Shown here piece after piece: positions 52,801 to 62,469 of a stretch of 64,000 bases of DNA. The translations under genes were made by a program, and so were the position numbers. Source of the stretch: Antedon mediterranea (lineage: Eukaryota > Animalia > Echinodermata); assembly GCF_964355755.1 (NCBI RefSeq), contig NC_092675.1, positions 15,162,912 through 15,226,911 on the forward strand, in the 5' to 3' direction. Under the pieces are notes generated by a model that was not told the origin of the DNA, ran no database searches, and worked only from the letters and a program-made list of their open reading frames with translations. Within the stretch, counting starts at the first letter, position 1, and each line of letters starts with the position of its first letter.

Positions 52801-55436
52801 ACATGGGCAGTTTGATGTGCATGAATCGTGATAACAAATTATACAAAATACTCACAACTTTAAAAATATGCTTCTAAATATATAAAAACAATTGTTGAAG
52901 TTAAGTTAGTTTGAAAATATAATTCGAAAATATAACCGTTTTTCGAAGCACGCCGTTCGAAACGCGACAGGCGCATTGAATGAATCTAGGCTTAAACCTA
53001 CAACGTAAAAACGTCTAAAATCCATCTTTATTTGTAATAATCACTATTTTGAAGCTTGTATACAATAATGTATAATAAAGCTTTCTTTGGGCTATGTCCA
53101 ATTGCTACTTAGTTGAATGTGTCTTGCCTAGCTGTCGATTAGCCTCGACACATTTTGCATAGAGTGGTGTGTTTGAAGAAGAGTGCGCGAAGGCAATCAT
53201 GTGAATTGACCTAGAATCCTAGGCCTAGAAAGAATCGTATCAAAGGTGTAATCACTTGTTGCTATACGCTTGAGTGCACACGGAACAACAAATTTAACTG
53301 ATGAATTATTCATGTTTAGTTTGTGACGTTTCATGAGGGGTCCCCAACTTGTATACGAAAAAAAAAATCGCGGCCCGGATCGTCTGTCAATCGTATCCTA
53401 GGCCTAACTAGGATTCAGGGACGATTCAGCCCGGGACTATTCGGCCCACTTTTGGTGGGACGATTCAGCCCACTTTTGGGCCGAAACATCCCACTTTGTG
53501 GGCCGAAACGTCTCACTTTAGACCAAATTCATATTCATTTTTTTTAGAATTTATCAAGTTTTTAAAGCCTAAAGGTGTTTAACAATCCGTATTTTATTGA
53601 TATTGACAAAGTTGATATAATATATATAATAAATTACAAAAAAAACGTTTCGTTCGGGTGACTAAAAAATGATCATTTTCGACAACACAATGTTTTCAAA
53701 ATGTTTGCTTTATTGCATCTTTATCCCTAGTAGTAGGGTTACCGAGAGTTGACTCCATTGTTATTGCCACGATTCAACTCCGCGTACGTTACCATGCGCG
53801 CTATGTCATTGACGCGATTATTTGTCCATTGGTAAACACATTTTTATGTAGTATTATTCTGAAAATAATTGAACTGTAAACATAATTCTTTTGAGTATTT
53901 ATTTATTTACATATCATTCCATAAGATCAACTATTTTTTATCTTCATTACATTCAACCAAACATGTAAAAAATGTGCTTAAAATATCGTACTGTCTAGCG
54001 CGTACGACCATACGCGGTAGATTGTTTACTCAAAAACCTTCAAACGGTCCAGTGACCTTACCCTATTCAACCTTGTTTTTGTAGTTGAGCCTCTCATGAC
54101 CTGGGATTTGTTTGTCTTCCTACGCCAAGATAATATAGTTCTACATGCCATGTGCTTTTTTCTCTGAGAAATATTTATTATAAGTGCCAAAAAAACGGTT
54201 TTTTCTCGATATGAAGCCTTTATTATTCAAATCTTTTAGAGAAAAATCAGACATACCATAAAGAAGGTCTATTTATTTCATTTTTGAAATAAAATTGTGA
54301 AAATTACGTGAGGCTCAACTACAAAACCACCATTTTGTGATATGATGTCATCGTAATCCAATCAAAGCTGAGATTTCCCGCGATCGGCAGAGCTCACGGT
54401 TGAATGATTTTGGATTCTGGCTATTTGATTGGTGGACGCGAATCACCCACAGCGGAATGTTTTCTCTCGCGTGTACTGCGAAGTCACATGGTCTGTCTGT
54501 ACTGATCGTTACTACACAAATTTAGAGCAATGAATTTGTACGAATTCCGTTAAATAAACAACTTTATATATTTTGTAAACATTTAATAATATATTTTATT
54601 GATATTTCCAATGTTGATATATAAAATAAATTACTATAAAACGTAATTATATGTAATTATTTTAGCGAAAAACGGTGTGGTTCATACAATTGTCGACTGA
54701 GGGCGCAATTTTTTTACAACGTTCGTGGCCAAAAACGATCATTTTCGGCGATGTTTTAGACCCTATATTTCGAAAACTACAAGTCAGATTTTCGTAATTC
54801 TTTCTTTATTGGAATATTGAAACAAAATACTAACATATAATATTTAAATTGGTTTAAAAATAACAACTTTTAATTTTGCATCGTTATCCCTACTAGTAGT
54901 GCTACCCCATAGTCTCTCTGAAAATAAAGTTTGGGGAAAAAAGCTTATTTTATGCTTATAAATGCATATCAAAGCCGATAAATGTAAGTAAGTGTGCCGA
55001 ATCGTCACAGGGCCGAATCGTCTCAGGGCCGAATCGTCTCAGGGCCGAATCGTCCCGCTACCCTAACTAGGCCTCCTCCTACATAGCCTCTAGTAGGCTA
55101 GCCTATGTTATGCCTACTTCATTCATTCATTCATTCTTTATTTAGCCTTTAAAATCGAAATACATTTAAAACAAGGTAACGAAAACAAGACAGGTGGAAA
55201 TCTAAGGAGGCAAGGATAAGCAAAAGCAATTAAAATCGCTGTAGCTCGCAGGGTCCGGGAGGCTTGCTTATCCTCCATCCTATATAATAGGCCTAGCTAG
55301 GGGCCTAGGCCTAGACTTTACTTTACTTACTAGATATTGAAACACCTCTCAATCTTGTGCAGTCGCAGCATAAACATTGAAAAATAAATAGAAAACATAA
55401 AGGCAATACAGACACTGAAGTCGGATAAGTCTTCAT
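1792..55436 (-). CDS. PRKCSH: Glucosidase II beta subunit gene, 10 coding exons in window, 3'-incomplete: join(55331-55436,14548-14664,7010-7281,6341-6404,3877-4027,3702-3780,3292-3387,2759-3044,2295-2454,1792-1866)
   Basis: The spliced translation gives a signal peptide, then [68 protein letters not shown], a coiled coil, EF-hand-like loops, an acidic tract and the start of the MRH domain ([32 protein letters not shown]). All nine junctions are GT-AG and phase-compatible. The rest of the MRH domain and the HDEL end were not found in the window. Confidence 0.95.
2295..2454 (-). CDS. PRKCSH: PRKCSH exon 9
   Basis: [16 protein letters not shown]...[22 protein letters not shown]; AG/GT. Confidence 0.95.
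2759..3044 (-). CDS. PRKCSH: PRKCSH exon 8 (acidic region)
   Basis: QNEKHDGED...[14 protein letters not shown]...[13 protein letters not shown]; AG/GTAAGC. Confidence 0.9.
3292..3387 (-). CDS. PRKCSH: PRKCSH exon 7
   Basis: [32 protein letters not shown]; 96 nt, phase 0-0. Confidence 0.85.
3702..3780 (-). CDS. PRKCSH: PRKCSH exon 6
   Basis: [26 protein letters not shown] (EF-hand-like loop); AG/GT. Confidence 0.9.
3877..4027 (-). CDS. PRKCSH: PRKCSH exon 5
   Basis: [21 protein letters not shown]...[11 protein letters not shown]; AG/GTAAGT. Confidence 0.9.
4175..5830 (+). mobile_element. 5'-truncated, decayed RTE-clade LINE in PRKCSH intron 4 (antisense to host)
   Basis: RT motifs [55 protein letters not shown] are spread over three broken ORFs; (TGA)n tail at ~5820-5830. 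Confidence 0.9.
6013..6300. mobile_element. Degenerate Kolobok-related MITE remnant
   Basis: Begins TTAA-AGAT. Carries AAGTGAATAACTTT...AAAATGGCCTATT, shared with the TTAA-terminated ends at 36500 and 49297. Confidence 0.4.
6341..6404 (-). CDS. PRKCSH: PRKCSH exon 4
   Basis: [21 protein letters not shown]; phase 0 to 1, fits both neighbours. Confidence 0.85.
6511..6880. repeat. Tandem repeat, 100-bp unit, about 3.7 copies (PRKCSH intron 3)
   Basis: AACATGATGAT(G/A)AAGATGACAAAAGCA recurs at 6511, 6611, 6711 and 6811. Confidence 0.95.
7010..7281 (-). CDS. PRKCSH: PRKCSH exon 3
   Basis: [40 protein letters not shown]...RKERE; AG/GT boundaries. Confidence 0.95.
7599..13819. mobile_element. Non-autonomous Academ-like DNA transposon with ~460-bp TIRs, containing a nested LINE
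   Basis: Termini TAGTCAGG...CCTGACTA with TAA on both flanks. 7599-~8060 is the reverse complement of ~13355-13819. Shares TGACCTTTGACC and AAAATGGC motifs with the Academ element at 42936. Confidence 0.75.
9676..13104 (+). mobile_element. Near-complete single-ORF CR1/L2-group LINE (leader + 2A-like motif + APE + RT), one internal frameshift
   Basis: ORF 9705-12341 has [44 protein letters not shown] and DFSKAFD. It continues after a frameshift near 12054 into [10 protein letters not shown] and FADD (to 12931). (TAAA)n tail at ~13087-13104. It splits a subterminal repeat of the host transposon. Confidence 0.92.
14548..14664 (-). CDS. PRKCSH: PRKCSH exon 2
   Basis: [39 protein letters not shown]; acceptor tttttaacag, donor gtaagc. 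Confidence 0.95.
15923..16570 (+). mobile_element. Helentron-associated non-autonomous element (HINE/DINE-1-like)
   Basis: TTTACCTCCGCCAAGGAGGT 5' stem, (GTTT/GTCT)n, 3' subTIR GGCGGAAGTA, hairpin CACTCTCAGAGTG, end CTAGTT. Confidence 0.8.
16922..17230. mobile_element. Partial copy of the 7-bp-TSD TIR element family
   Basis: Starts TAGGTATCCCAATG and resembles the reverse complement of ~25700-25978. Confidence 0.6.
17597..18325 (+). mobile_element. Second, 3'-truncated copy of the same HINE-like family, with partial internal re-duplication
   Basis: Closely similar to 15923-16450; the segment CAGGATTACTCAAAAAG..GGACCA recurs at ~18236-18320. Confidence 0.8.
19234..20433. mobile_element. Non-autonomous hAT-like element with 6-bp TSD
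   Basis: Perfect 14-bp TIR CAGGGATGTCACCA/TGGTGACATCCCTG; ATGATC on both flanks. Confidence 0.8.
20534..21431. mobile_element. Foldback/MULE-like non-autonomous element with 9-bp TSD
   Basis: CGAAAATCT at 20525-20533 and 21432-21440. Long imperfect inverted arms contain TCTAGAAAACTCAGATATCTGA subrepeats; central GGGTACGAGTT repeats. Confidence 0.85.
22257..22850. mobile_element. Kolobok-type MITE
   Basis: TTAA flanks and imperfect TIR AGGCCAGGTGCGGGCA vs AGCTCAGGTACAGGCA. Internal TACCTAACT(A/G)CTGAAAAAAA is shared with the Kolobok end at ~42810. Confidence 0.6.
22892..23840. mobile_element. Academ-like terminal fragment with degenerate subterminal repeats
   Basis: TAG start, GGCCATTTTG/GGCCATCTTG, and repeated TTGTCTTAAATTGTTCAGAATAT and TTTGACCTTTGACC motifs, as in the other Academ-like ends. 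Confidence 0.5.
23965..25978. mobile_element. Non-autonomous TIR element with 7-bp TSD (hAT-like TAG terminus)
   Basis: Perfect 14-bp TIR TAGGTATCCCAATG/CATTGGGATACCTA; ATAACAC at 23958-23964 and 25979-25985. Confidence 0.8.
27176..30698 (+). mobile_element. Old, decayed Academ element
   Basis: Imperfect ~180-bp TIRs TAGTAG..GGCCAA / TTGGCC..CTACTA. A remnant [24 protein letters not shown] (XPG-like motif) lies at ~29405-29480. No clear TSD. Confidence 0.7.
28020..28555 (+). mobile_element. Decayed CR1 LINE 3' fragment nested in the Academ element
   Basis: Broken translation [54 protein letters not shown], typical of the CR1 C-terminus. Confidence 0.75.
30739..33940 (+). mobile_element. Helentron-like non-autonomous element (outer)
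   Basis: 5' AGGTGATCATTT..AAATGATCACCT stem, (ATT)n, 3' subTIR AAATGATCACCT, hairpin AATTCGTCA-AAG-TGACGAATT, end CTAGT. Confidence 0.75.
30810..32414 (+). mobile_element. Helentron-like non-autonomous element (inner, nested in the outer one)
   Basis: 5' AGTTATCCGC..GCGGATAACT stem, 3' subTIR TGCGGATAACT, hairpin AACTCGTCA-AAG-TGACGAGTT, end CTAGT; inserted in a T-run. Confidence 0.75.
33954..34620. repeat. Unclassified interspersed repeat with an internal ~290-bp tandem duplication; second copy at 36728-37221
   Basis: TGTCAAGTAGGGTCC(A/T)GGGACCATCAAACGGCC starts both copies; recurring ATTCTTAAGTG..CCTGTACC units. Confidence 0.75.
35180..36496 (-). mobile_element. Kolobok-like non-autonomous element end (left boundary uncertain)
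   Basis: Terminus GGGGGACAATACATCT followed by TTAA, identical to that at ~49278-49297; the matching inverted end was not found. Confidence 0.5.
36728..37221. repeat. Second copy of the unclassified repeat at 33954
   Basis: Matches 33954-34070 and 34090-34232, with an AT-rich insertion between the two parts. Confidence 0.75.
37526..42613 (-). CDS. THAP-domain Kolobok-type DDE transposase, 6 exons: join(42266-42613,38921-39482,38484-38695,38139-38381,37848-38039,37526-37732), about 587 aa
   Basis: THAP domain ([25 protein letters not shown]), a Cys/His region, then [32 protein letters not shown] and [19 protein letters not shown]. All five introns are GT-AG with compatible phases and no internal stop. 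Confidence 0.85.
40047..42123. mobile_element. Non-autonomous TIR element with 8-bp TSD inside intron 1 of the transposase gene (MULE- or Merlin-like G termini; superfamily uncertain)
   Basis: TTCTATAC at 40039-40046 and 42124-42131. TIR core ACAAAGTGCGAGGCAGCGAGGCA with GCGAGGCA subrepeats. Internal inverted repeat ~40233-40510 / ~40765-41066. Confidence 0.85.
43606..44625 (-). pseudogene. Academ transposase C-terminal fragment (left arm)
   Basis: ORFs 44353-44625 and 43606-44163 ([38 protein letters not shown]), separated by frameshifts. Confidence 0.8.
44650..46099 (+). pseudogene. Academ transposase C-terminal fragment (spacer + right arm)
   Basis: [54 protein letters not shown], ending SDVSDLED*; several frameshifts and stops. 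Confidence 0.8.
46950..47285. repeat. Interspersed repeat; diverged inverted copy at ~54080-54410
   Basis: Both have the GTTGAGCCTCTCA / TGAG(AG)GCTCAAC pair and share CATGTAGAACTATATTATCTTGGCGTAGGA. Confidence 0.65.
48660..49293 (-). mobile_element. Kolobok-like element end (left boundary uncertain)
   Basis: GGGGGACAATACATCT|TTAA terminus and AAGTGAATAACTTT..GGCCTATTCAA subterminal motif, as at 36400-36500. Confidence 0.5.
49494..52646 (-). mobile_element. Non-autonomous Helitron-like element
   Basis: On the minus strand: A|TCTATATTATAAG.. with (GTCT)n at the 5' end, hairpin AACTCGTC-CCTGT-GACGAATT, then CTAG|T at the 3' end. Pairing of the two ends is inferred. A similar hairpin-CTAGT 3' end lies on the plus strand at ~49370-49405. 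Confidence 0.6.
53412..55061. mobile_element. MULE-like non-autonomous element with 9-bp TSD
   Basis: CCTAACTAG at 53403-53411 and 55062-55070; terminal arrays GGGACGATTC(A/G)GCCC versus GGGCCGAATCGTC(T/C)C. Confidence 0.8.
55331..55436 (-). CDS. PRKCSH: PRKCSH coding exon 1 (signal peptide, [35 protein letters not shown])
   Basis: ATG at 55436, hydrophobic leader, RxRGVS motif of the PRKCSH N-terminus, and donor GTAAGT. It has 35 codons + 1 nt, so it joins the phase-1 exon at 14664 in frame. Confidence 0.88.
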
Positions 55437-56559
55437 TGTTAACGTTAAACTTATTTCAAACAGAAAAAAAGCCGGCTTTATCTTCGTTACATTACTTATG
55501 CGGGGGCTGCAAAAATGTAAAAACGTGTAAAATATCGCCAATGAAGTAGTAGCGCGCCCTCAATAGTTAGTACAGGTAGGAAAACTTTTAAAAAATGGTT
55601 ACAAAAAATTGCAGCAGAATTTATTTCACCACAATGCATTTCTATAAGGTCCCTATATGAACATATTAAAAGTCTAGAAAATCCAGGTAGGGGAAATAGG
55701 TTGTTTTATTTTGTTTCCTCTTTTGTGGGGGAACCCCACTTTTATTGCAATGATAAACAATATGGTGAAGGTTACAGTATGTCTATATCTATCTATTTTT
55801 ATCAATTAATATTTAAGTGATATTACAAGACAGACAGAGGTTAAAAGATTATATAAAATATTTCGATATTGTGTTGAAATCTAGATAAAACAAATATGTA
55901 TACAGAGAAAATTTATATTACAGAGCTAAAACGATAAAAAGATTGATATTCAGTATTAAAAATAGATTCGATATAATAATGATAAAATATTATGTTTTGT
56001 TTGAATACTTTGATAAAATTGTATAGTTTTACATTTTGAACATAATATTGCTTTTATCATTTATATGATAAAATAACAAACTAATAAATATTGCAAAGCT
56101 AAACCTAAACCGAAGTATGAGGATACGCCCTCGTCGCTAGACAGGTTTATTTTTATAGTTCTAGTTTAAATCCTGATCCGGTAGCCTCGAAGTCTGAAGG
56201 AAAGCAAATTAGTATTAACTATTTCTACTCGCGAAATAAACTACGAACGTACAACTACGCCAACAAAATCACCTATTGGACAACACAATGGATGGCGCAC
56301 TACTCCAATAAAATTACCTATTAGTGTGGACAAAAAGTCACCTATTATATTTTGGACAGCCAATTGTGAAACAACAGCGCCCTCTAGTCCCTATTATGGA
56401 CAGAAAGTCCTCTATTATGGACAGAAAAGTAACCTATTATGGACATATTTCACCAACCCTATTGCTAGCACCAGTTGCGTCTCGGTCATCCAGGACTCGG
56501 GCGCCTCATAGAAAAAAAAATATAATAATGATGGTAAACTAACAATTGATCTAAATAAA

Positions 56560-57215
56560 AAAAAATATACTGTATTACGTTTATGTTTATTCTTGTGTAT
56601 TTCTTAATTAAATTAAATTTTATTAACTATTTTTCTTTTTAGATAATTGATTCAAGGAGTTTTTCTTTAACGTCGTTCCATTTTCTTTCTGCTTTGTTTA
56701 GATTACATAAGTATTCATTTGAAATTAAATTTGTTAGTTCTATCTTAAATAAATTCCAAGTGATAATCCGTTTGCTTGTTTTATAAATAATGCAAGATTT
56801 GTAAATAAATGTAAATAAGGAGATGAGTTCATTAACAAGCGTGTTCTGAGTTCCTATAACTATGTCTGACCATTCGGGGAAACCTGGTCGTAGTGTTTCA
56901 TTAGTCGGAATACATCAGTTTACGGAACTTACTCAAATCTGATTGAATGCTATTACAGGTGTACAACATATGTTTTTCACTTTCTATTTCTATACAACAC
57001 TTTTCGCAACAATCACTTTTATTAAAGATTCCACTTCTTTAAGTTTTTTCTACAAGCTAAGATACGATGTAATAATTTAAAATTAAATTGGGCGACTTTT
57101 GGTAAATGTTTCATATTGTGAACTTTACAGTACCATGTTTTGTCCCAGTCTATTTCATTTTTACTTAACTCGACTTCCCACTTTGCTTGTATATTGGGGA
57201 TTTTAGCAACCTTGC
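56560..57215 (-). mobile_element. Decayed L1/Tx1-type LINE 3' fragment (zf-RVT region)
   Basis: KWEVEL..IDWDKTW..KVAQFNFKLLHRILAC..LKKWNL*KSDCCEKCC..ESEKHMLYTC. Confidence 0.7.
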
Positions 57216-58848
57216 AAATAGGTTGTTTTAAACAAAATGGCCGCCAAAGGCGAAAATGCCTAAAAAAGGACAAAAAAAACATAAATGATAGATCTAATTA
57301 CCACTTTATAACAGTTTTTAGAATGCTTTATATATTTCTTGACAGTTCGAAGATCTGAACTACAATATACACATTATTTTTAAGTGTTGTTAAATGAAAA
57401 TGGCCGCAAAACAAATGTTTAAGTATCTAGATATATCTGTAACGTTATAATATACAAAACGCGTGTCTAATAAATCAGTTCATTTACATTTGTACTGTTA
57501 TAACAATATATTACAACATTGGTGGTGACAGTGGGGAGGGGTATAGGCCCAGGAATGGGAGATCATATGCAGTGGCGGGATCCAGGGGCGCACCCATCGC
57601 ACATACCACCCCCCCCCCCTATAAATCTGGATAAAATCGGGAAAAGAAGCGTAAAAAAGAGTAAAGTACTTTCACTTTTGATTAAAATACATTGTTTCAG
57701 CGCCGTGCTAATAATTTTTATTAGAGGTCACCATTGCCGTTGCTGTCTGTAAATTTGTAAGAAATTTTCACCTGAAAGATAAACGCATTTTGGTCCCTGG
57801 ATGTAACATGATATTGACGCGTGTATCGTACCCATACTTGTATCGGGGCACAACGATTCAGTGATGCAAACATTCTAATTTTAATTACAAAGTTGCAAAA
57901 TCAAAGAACAATTACTTAATTATAATCATTTAATTCACATTTACCAAAAATACAAGGCAACCATTATTATTTACAAAATGATTATTATAAAGTGTATTTT
58001 TGCGATACATTATTTTTTTTCATTAGGCCTACTCTCTTATTTTTAAGAGAGTATTATATCGTGTTTCTTTTTATTTGTTTAATAGTTACGTTACCTTTAT
58101 CTATTGATTTTGTATTATGTATGTGTTAAAATGAAATTTAAAAAATATATATATATATATACGTCAAAAATGGAACGCCGTGGTTACCTACAGATTATCA
58201 TCATAGAGGATATGTTAATAATAATATCGTAGGCCTACACTAACTGTGGTAACTGTGTACTGTATAGTATACATTATAGCAACTGATTTTTTTTCTAGGC
58301 CACCCACCCAACTGTATTAATACCTATTTATATATTTAATTTCTTCAACAAGTTGAAGTAAATAAATAGGCCTATTGAGCTATAATAAGCATTATTACAT
58401 TCCACTAGATGTACCGTACGGCCTGTCGACGGCCCTGGAAAAGCACCTTTTCCCGCCGACTTGCGCGAAACGCCCTGTTGTGACGCTTTTACTCAAAATA
58501 GGCCTATATAATAGGGAAAATGCCACACTTTAATAGGCTAGTACCTCAGTTTTCAGATTCAAAATATCAATTTTTTATAACGTGAGAGTGCCATTGCCGA
58601 CCATCTAGAGGTTTTACATTTTTTAAATCGTGTGTGGACTCTCTACAACCCCGAAAAAGACAAAAAAAATTCAAGCCACATCAGTGATTTTAATAACTTG
58701 CGTTTACTTAATATAATACTTATGGAACTATTTTTTTTTCTTTTGGTTTACGGATGGAGTAACCGATATTGAACATATATACCAAGTTTGAAATATTTTT
58801 TAATTTCATAAGTATTTTTTCTCGATGTTTTTGTATGTGACTATTTCC

Positions 58849-61800
58849 CTGTGCTCCCATTGGTGCCAAATTGGGTCCACTTGAGCACAGAGTATAAACA
58901 TACGAAAAGATATTAAAATTTAGTGACTTTTTCTATTTTATATCACTGCGCTCACTTGCGCGCGCGCCAAATTAGGTCCACGTGAACACAGTATATTAAC
59001 ATACGAAAAGATATTAAAATTCAGTGACTTATTTCTATTTTATATCACTGTGCTCCACTTGCTCCAAATTGGGTCCACTTGAGCACAGTGTATTAACATA
59101 CGAAATAATATTAAAATTCAGTGACTTATTTCTATTTTATATCACTGTGCTCCCCTGGCGCCAAAATGGGTCCACTTGAGCACAGTGTATTAACATACGA
59201 AAAGATATTAAAATGTATGAGTGACTTATTTCTATTTTATATCACTGTGCTCCCTGGCTCCAAATTGAGTCCACTTGAGCAAAGTGTATTAACATACGAA
59301 AAGATTTTAAAATTCAGTAACTTATTTCTATTTTATATAACTGTGCTCCCCTGGCGCCAAATTGGGTCCACTTGAGCACAGTATATTAATACTTCTTCTT
59401 CTTTCCCTTTTCAGGGAATTTATTGGTTCAAAGTATATTGGCCTTTGGCCCTAATACAAACAAATAAAAATAAACTATAACTTAAGATAATGGTTTCTTC
59501 TTTCAAAAGCAAAGTAGACGTATTTTCCTAAATTATAAGTAAAATTTGTGTTGGAAAGTAATAAACAAAGCTTATTAATAGAAGGAAAAACACGAATAAA
59601 TCTTGGAATAAAACTTTTTCTTAAATCATTGTAAAATGTGCATTGCAAAATAAAATGATATTCATCCTCAACAATGTTCTTTTTACATAATTTACACGTT
59701 CTCTTATATCTTTCTACACCCTCCCATCTGCCCTTTTCAATTTCTAGCTCTAATATCCCTAAACGTAACTTAGTTAATAATCTTCTTTGTTTAAAATTAA
59801 TGATGTTGGTCAAGTGATAACTTAAACATATTTCTTTTTTATAAAGAGAAAAGAGCCTTAACTTATTATGTAAACTAAATTTTTGAATGCATTTTTGTTT
59901 TTCAATATCACATAAGCGCAACTTAAATTCTCTAAAAAATAAACCTTTACTATTAACATATTGTTGTAACCATATATAACCAAAACCAGTAGAAAAGAGT
60001 AAGTGTTTGACCTGTTGTGCCCAACAATTCTCATTACGGTTAACTTTTCTAAGTTGAAACTCATAACACTTAAAAATGAATCTGTCATGATCTAAAGTAA
60101 TAATATGTAACCAAAATCTTATAACTGTAACTAAACAATCCACAGAAAGTGGTAATCTACCTAACTCAGAAGTAACAGCGGCATTTGGTGCATTTTTTCC
60201 AACTTGCAATAAATATCTACAAAATTTAGTATGTGTTTTTTCTATAATGTTTGTGCTATCTGACATTCCCCAGATTTCGCTTCCATACGTTAAAATAGGA
60301 AGTATTTTCACATCAAAAATATGGTTCCATGTATTAATTGGAAGAAAAGATAAGTTACGATAAATGAATGATTTTAAGCAGAATAAACTTTGATTTGCTT
60401 TTTGTTGATTATGTTGCATTGAGTTGTTCCATGCACCATTTGAACTAAAAATAACACCAAGATAATTATACGAATTAACAATTTTTAATTGAATATTTTT
60501 ATACTTCCATTTTTCAATGTTCCTTAAATTGCGGCCATTTTTAAAAACCATAATTTTGGATTTTGTAGTGTTTACAGTAAGTTTCCAAGTATCACAATAA
60601 AGTTCAAGTTTATTTATTAATTTTTGGAGACCTTTCACCGTATCACTAACAAGCACTAAGTCATCTGCATAAAGAAGATGATTCATATGACAATCTCCAA
60701 TTTGAATGAAATCGTTTACCTGATTAAGTATACCACTCAAATCATTAATGTAAATATTAAAGAGTAAAGACGACAACGGAGAACCTTGTTGTACTCCAAT
60801 CGAACAATTAAAAGATGGACTAAGTTTGTTGCCAATTTTAACATGAGCAGATAAGTTTTGGTATAAGGAATTTATTATGTGTAACATTCTGCCTGAAACA
60901 CCGATACATTTCAACTTATGTAGTAAAAGTGTATGATTTATAGAGTCAAAGGCACGTTTTAGATCAACAAAACAAACAAAAATCCTACCCCGCTTTTTAT
61001 CTAAGTATTTAGAGATGAGGGTATCTAAAATGAATATATTATCTGTCGTTCTATATCCCTTACGAAAGCCTGCTTGTTCCTCATGAATTAACTTTTTACT
61101 ATTTGTAAATTGTGTTAACCTAGAATTAAGAATATTTAAAAATATTTTTCCTAGGATTGGAATTAAGGAAATACCTCTATAATTTTCAGGTTTGTTTTTA
61201 TCTCCATTTTTAAAAATTGGAACGATTAAGCTTGTTGCCCATTGTTTGGGAAATTTTTCAACTAAAAAAATGGCGTTAAAAAGAATTTTTAAAATATCAA
61301 AAATAATGTTGGGGGCGTTTAGCAAAAATTAAAAATTCATTCCATCAATGCCGGGAGCTTTTCCACTATTTTGAGAATTAAATGCTTTTTTTATTTCATC
61401 CAACGTTATGTCGTGGTCTAAATTATCATCGTCTTCATTCTGTTGGCATTCTGTGATTTTTGGCAACTCAGCGCTACCAATAGACTCATCGTTTTTAAAT
61501 AGGTTCTTAAAATGAATATAACATTGATTAATAGAAAGTTCGCAAGATAATTTCTGTTTTGTCTTCAACTTCATCGAAAATACGAAAAAATATTAAAATT
61601 CAGTGACTTATTTCTATTTATATCACTGTGCTCCACTTGCTCCAAATTGGGTCCACTTGAGTACAGTGTATTAACATACGAAATGATATTAAAATTCAGT
61701 GACTTATTTCTATTTTATATCACTGTGCTCCACTGGCTCCAATTTGGATCCACTTGAGCACAGTTTATTAACATACGAAAAGATTTTAAAATTCAGTGAC

Positions 61801-61940
61801 TTATATCACTGTGCTCCTCACCGGCGCCAAATTGTGTCCACTTGAGCACAATGTATTAACATACGAAAGAATAATAAATTAGTGACTTATTTTCTATTTC
61901 ATATCACTGTGTTCCACCGGTGCTAAATTTGGTCCACTGG
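58849..61940. repeat. ~91-bp tandem repeat array (about 6 + 4 copies) split by a LINE insertion
   Basis: Unit CCAAATTGGGTCCACTTGAGCACAGTGTATTAACATACGAAAAGATATTAAAATTCAGTGACTTATTTCTATTTTATATCACTGTGCTCC at 58849-59392 and 61578-61940. Confidence 0.9.
59393..61577 (-). mobile_element. 5'-truncated LINE (RTE-X-like) with RT and C-terminal CCHC motif
   Basis: ORF 59475-61325 (616 aa) has NYRGISL, QAGFR, FVDLKRAFDS, GVQQG, LLYADD, YLGV and CKLC..EDEYHFILQC. The in-frame upstream part (KAPGIDG) is separated by one stop. (GAA)n tail; short AATAC duplication. Confidence 0.9.
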
Positions 61941-62469
61941 ACCAGTTACCGTAGTACTATTTCTATTTCGGAAGTAAATAAAGGCATAAATGGCGCTCTG
62001 TAGAAGTAGAGAATGCTCGATCGTCAATTAATGACGCTCTGAGCTTCCTCTTTCCGATCTCGTAAATTTTATGTTTGGCGCCCTCAATTTTAAGAACACC
62101 TAAGTTATGTCAGAAAATTAGGAACAAATAAATAGAAATGTGTAAAGATGCCGATGCCAGGCCTGACTATTGCATTCTCTCTATTTATTTAAAAACATAT
62201 TATGTAATAAATAATGTTCACAATTTGTTGTGAATTTTTAACTTTGAACAAACGAAAAGGATTTCAAACCATGTACTACCTTTTACTGTGTTTGAGCATG
62301 AATAAATTATATCATTATTATTATATCAATATTTATAAAGCGTCAACTCAAAGACCGAGGTACAAAATCAAAGGCGCTGGGCATGTTAGTGGTCGAAAAA
62401 AGTTTTTGAGCAATGTTTTAAATAAGGCAACAGAAGAGCAGTGTTTAATTTGTGGGGGGGGGGGGAGGG

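Noticed and set aside
55520-55545. ER-stress element (ERSE) upstream of PRKCSH
   Set aside because: ACGTG and CCAAT are present, but order and orientation do not fit CCAAT-N9-CCACG.
58849-61940. CRISPR-like array next to a reverse transcriptase
   Set aside because: Units repeat along their full length with no unique spacers; the RT is a eukaryotic LINE; no cas genes.
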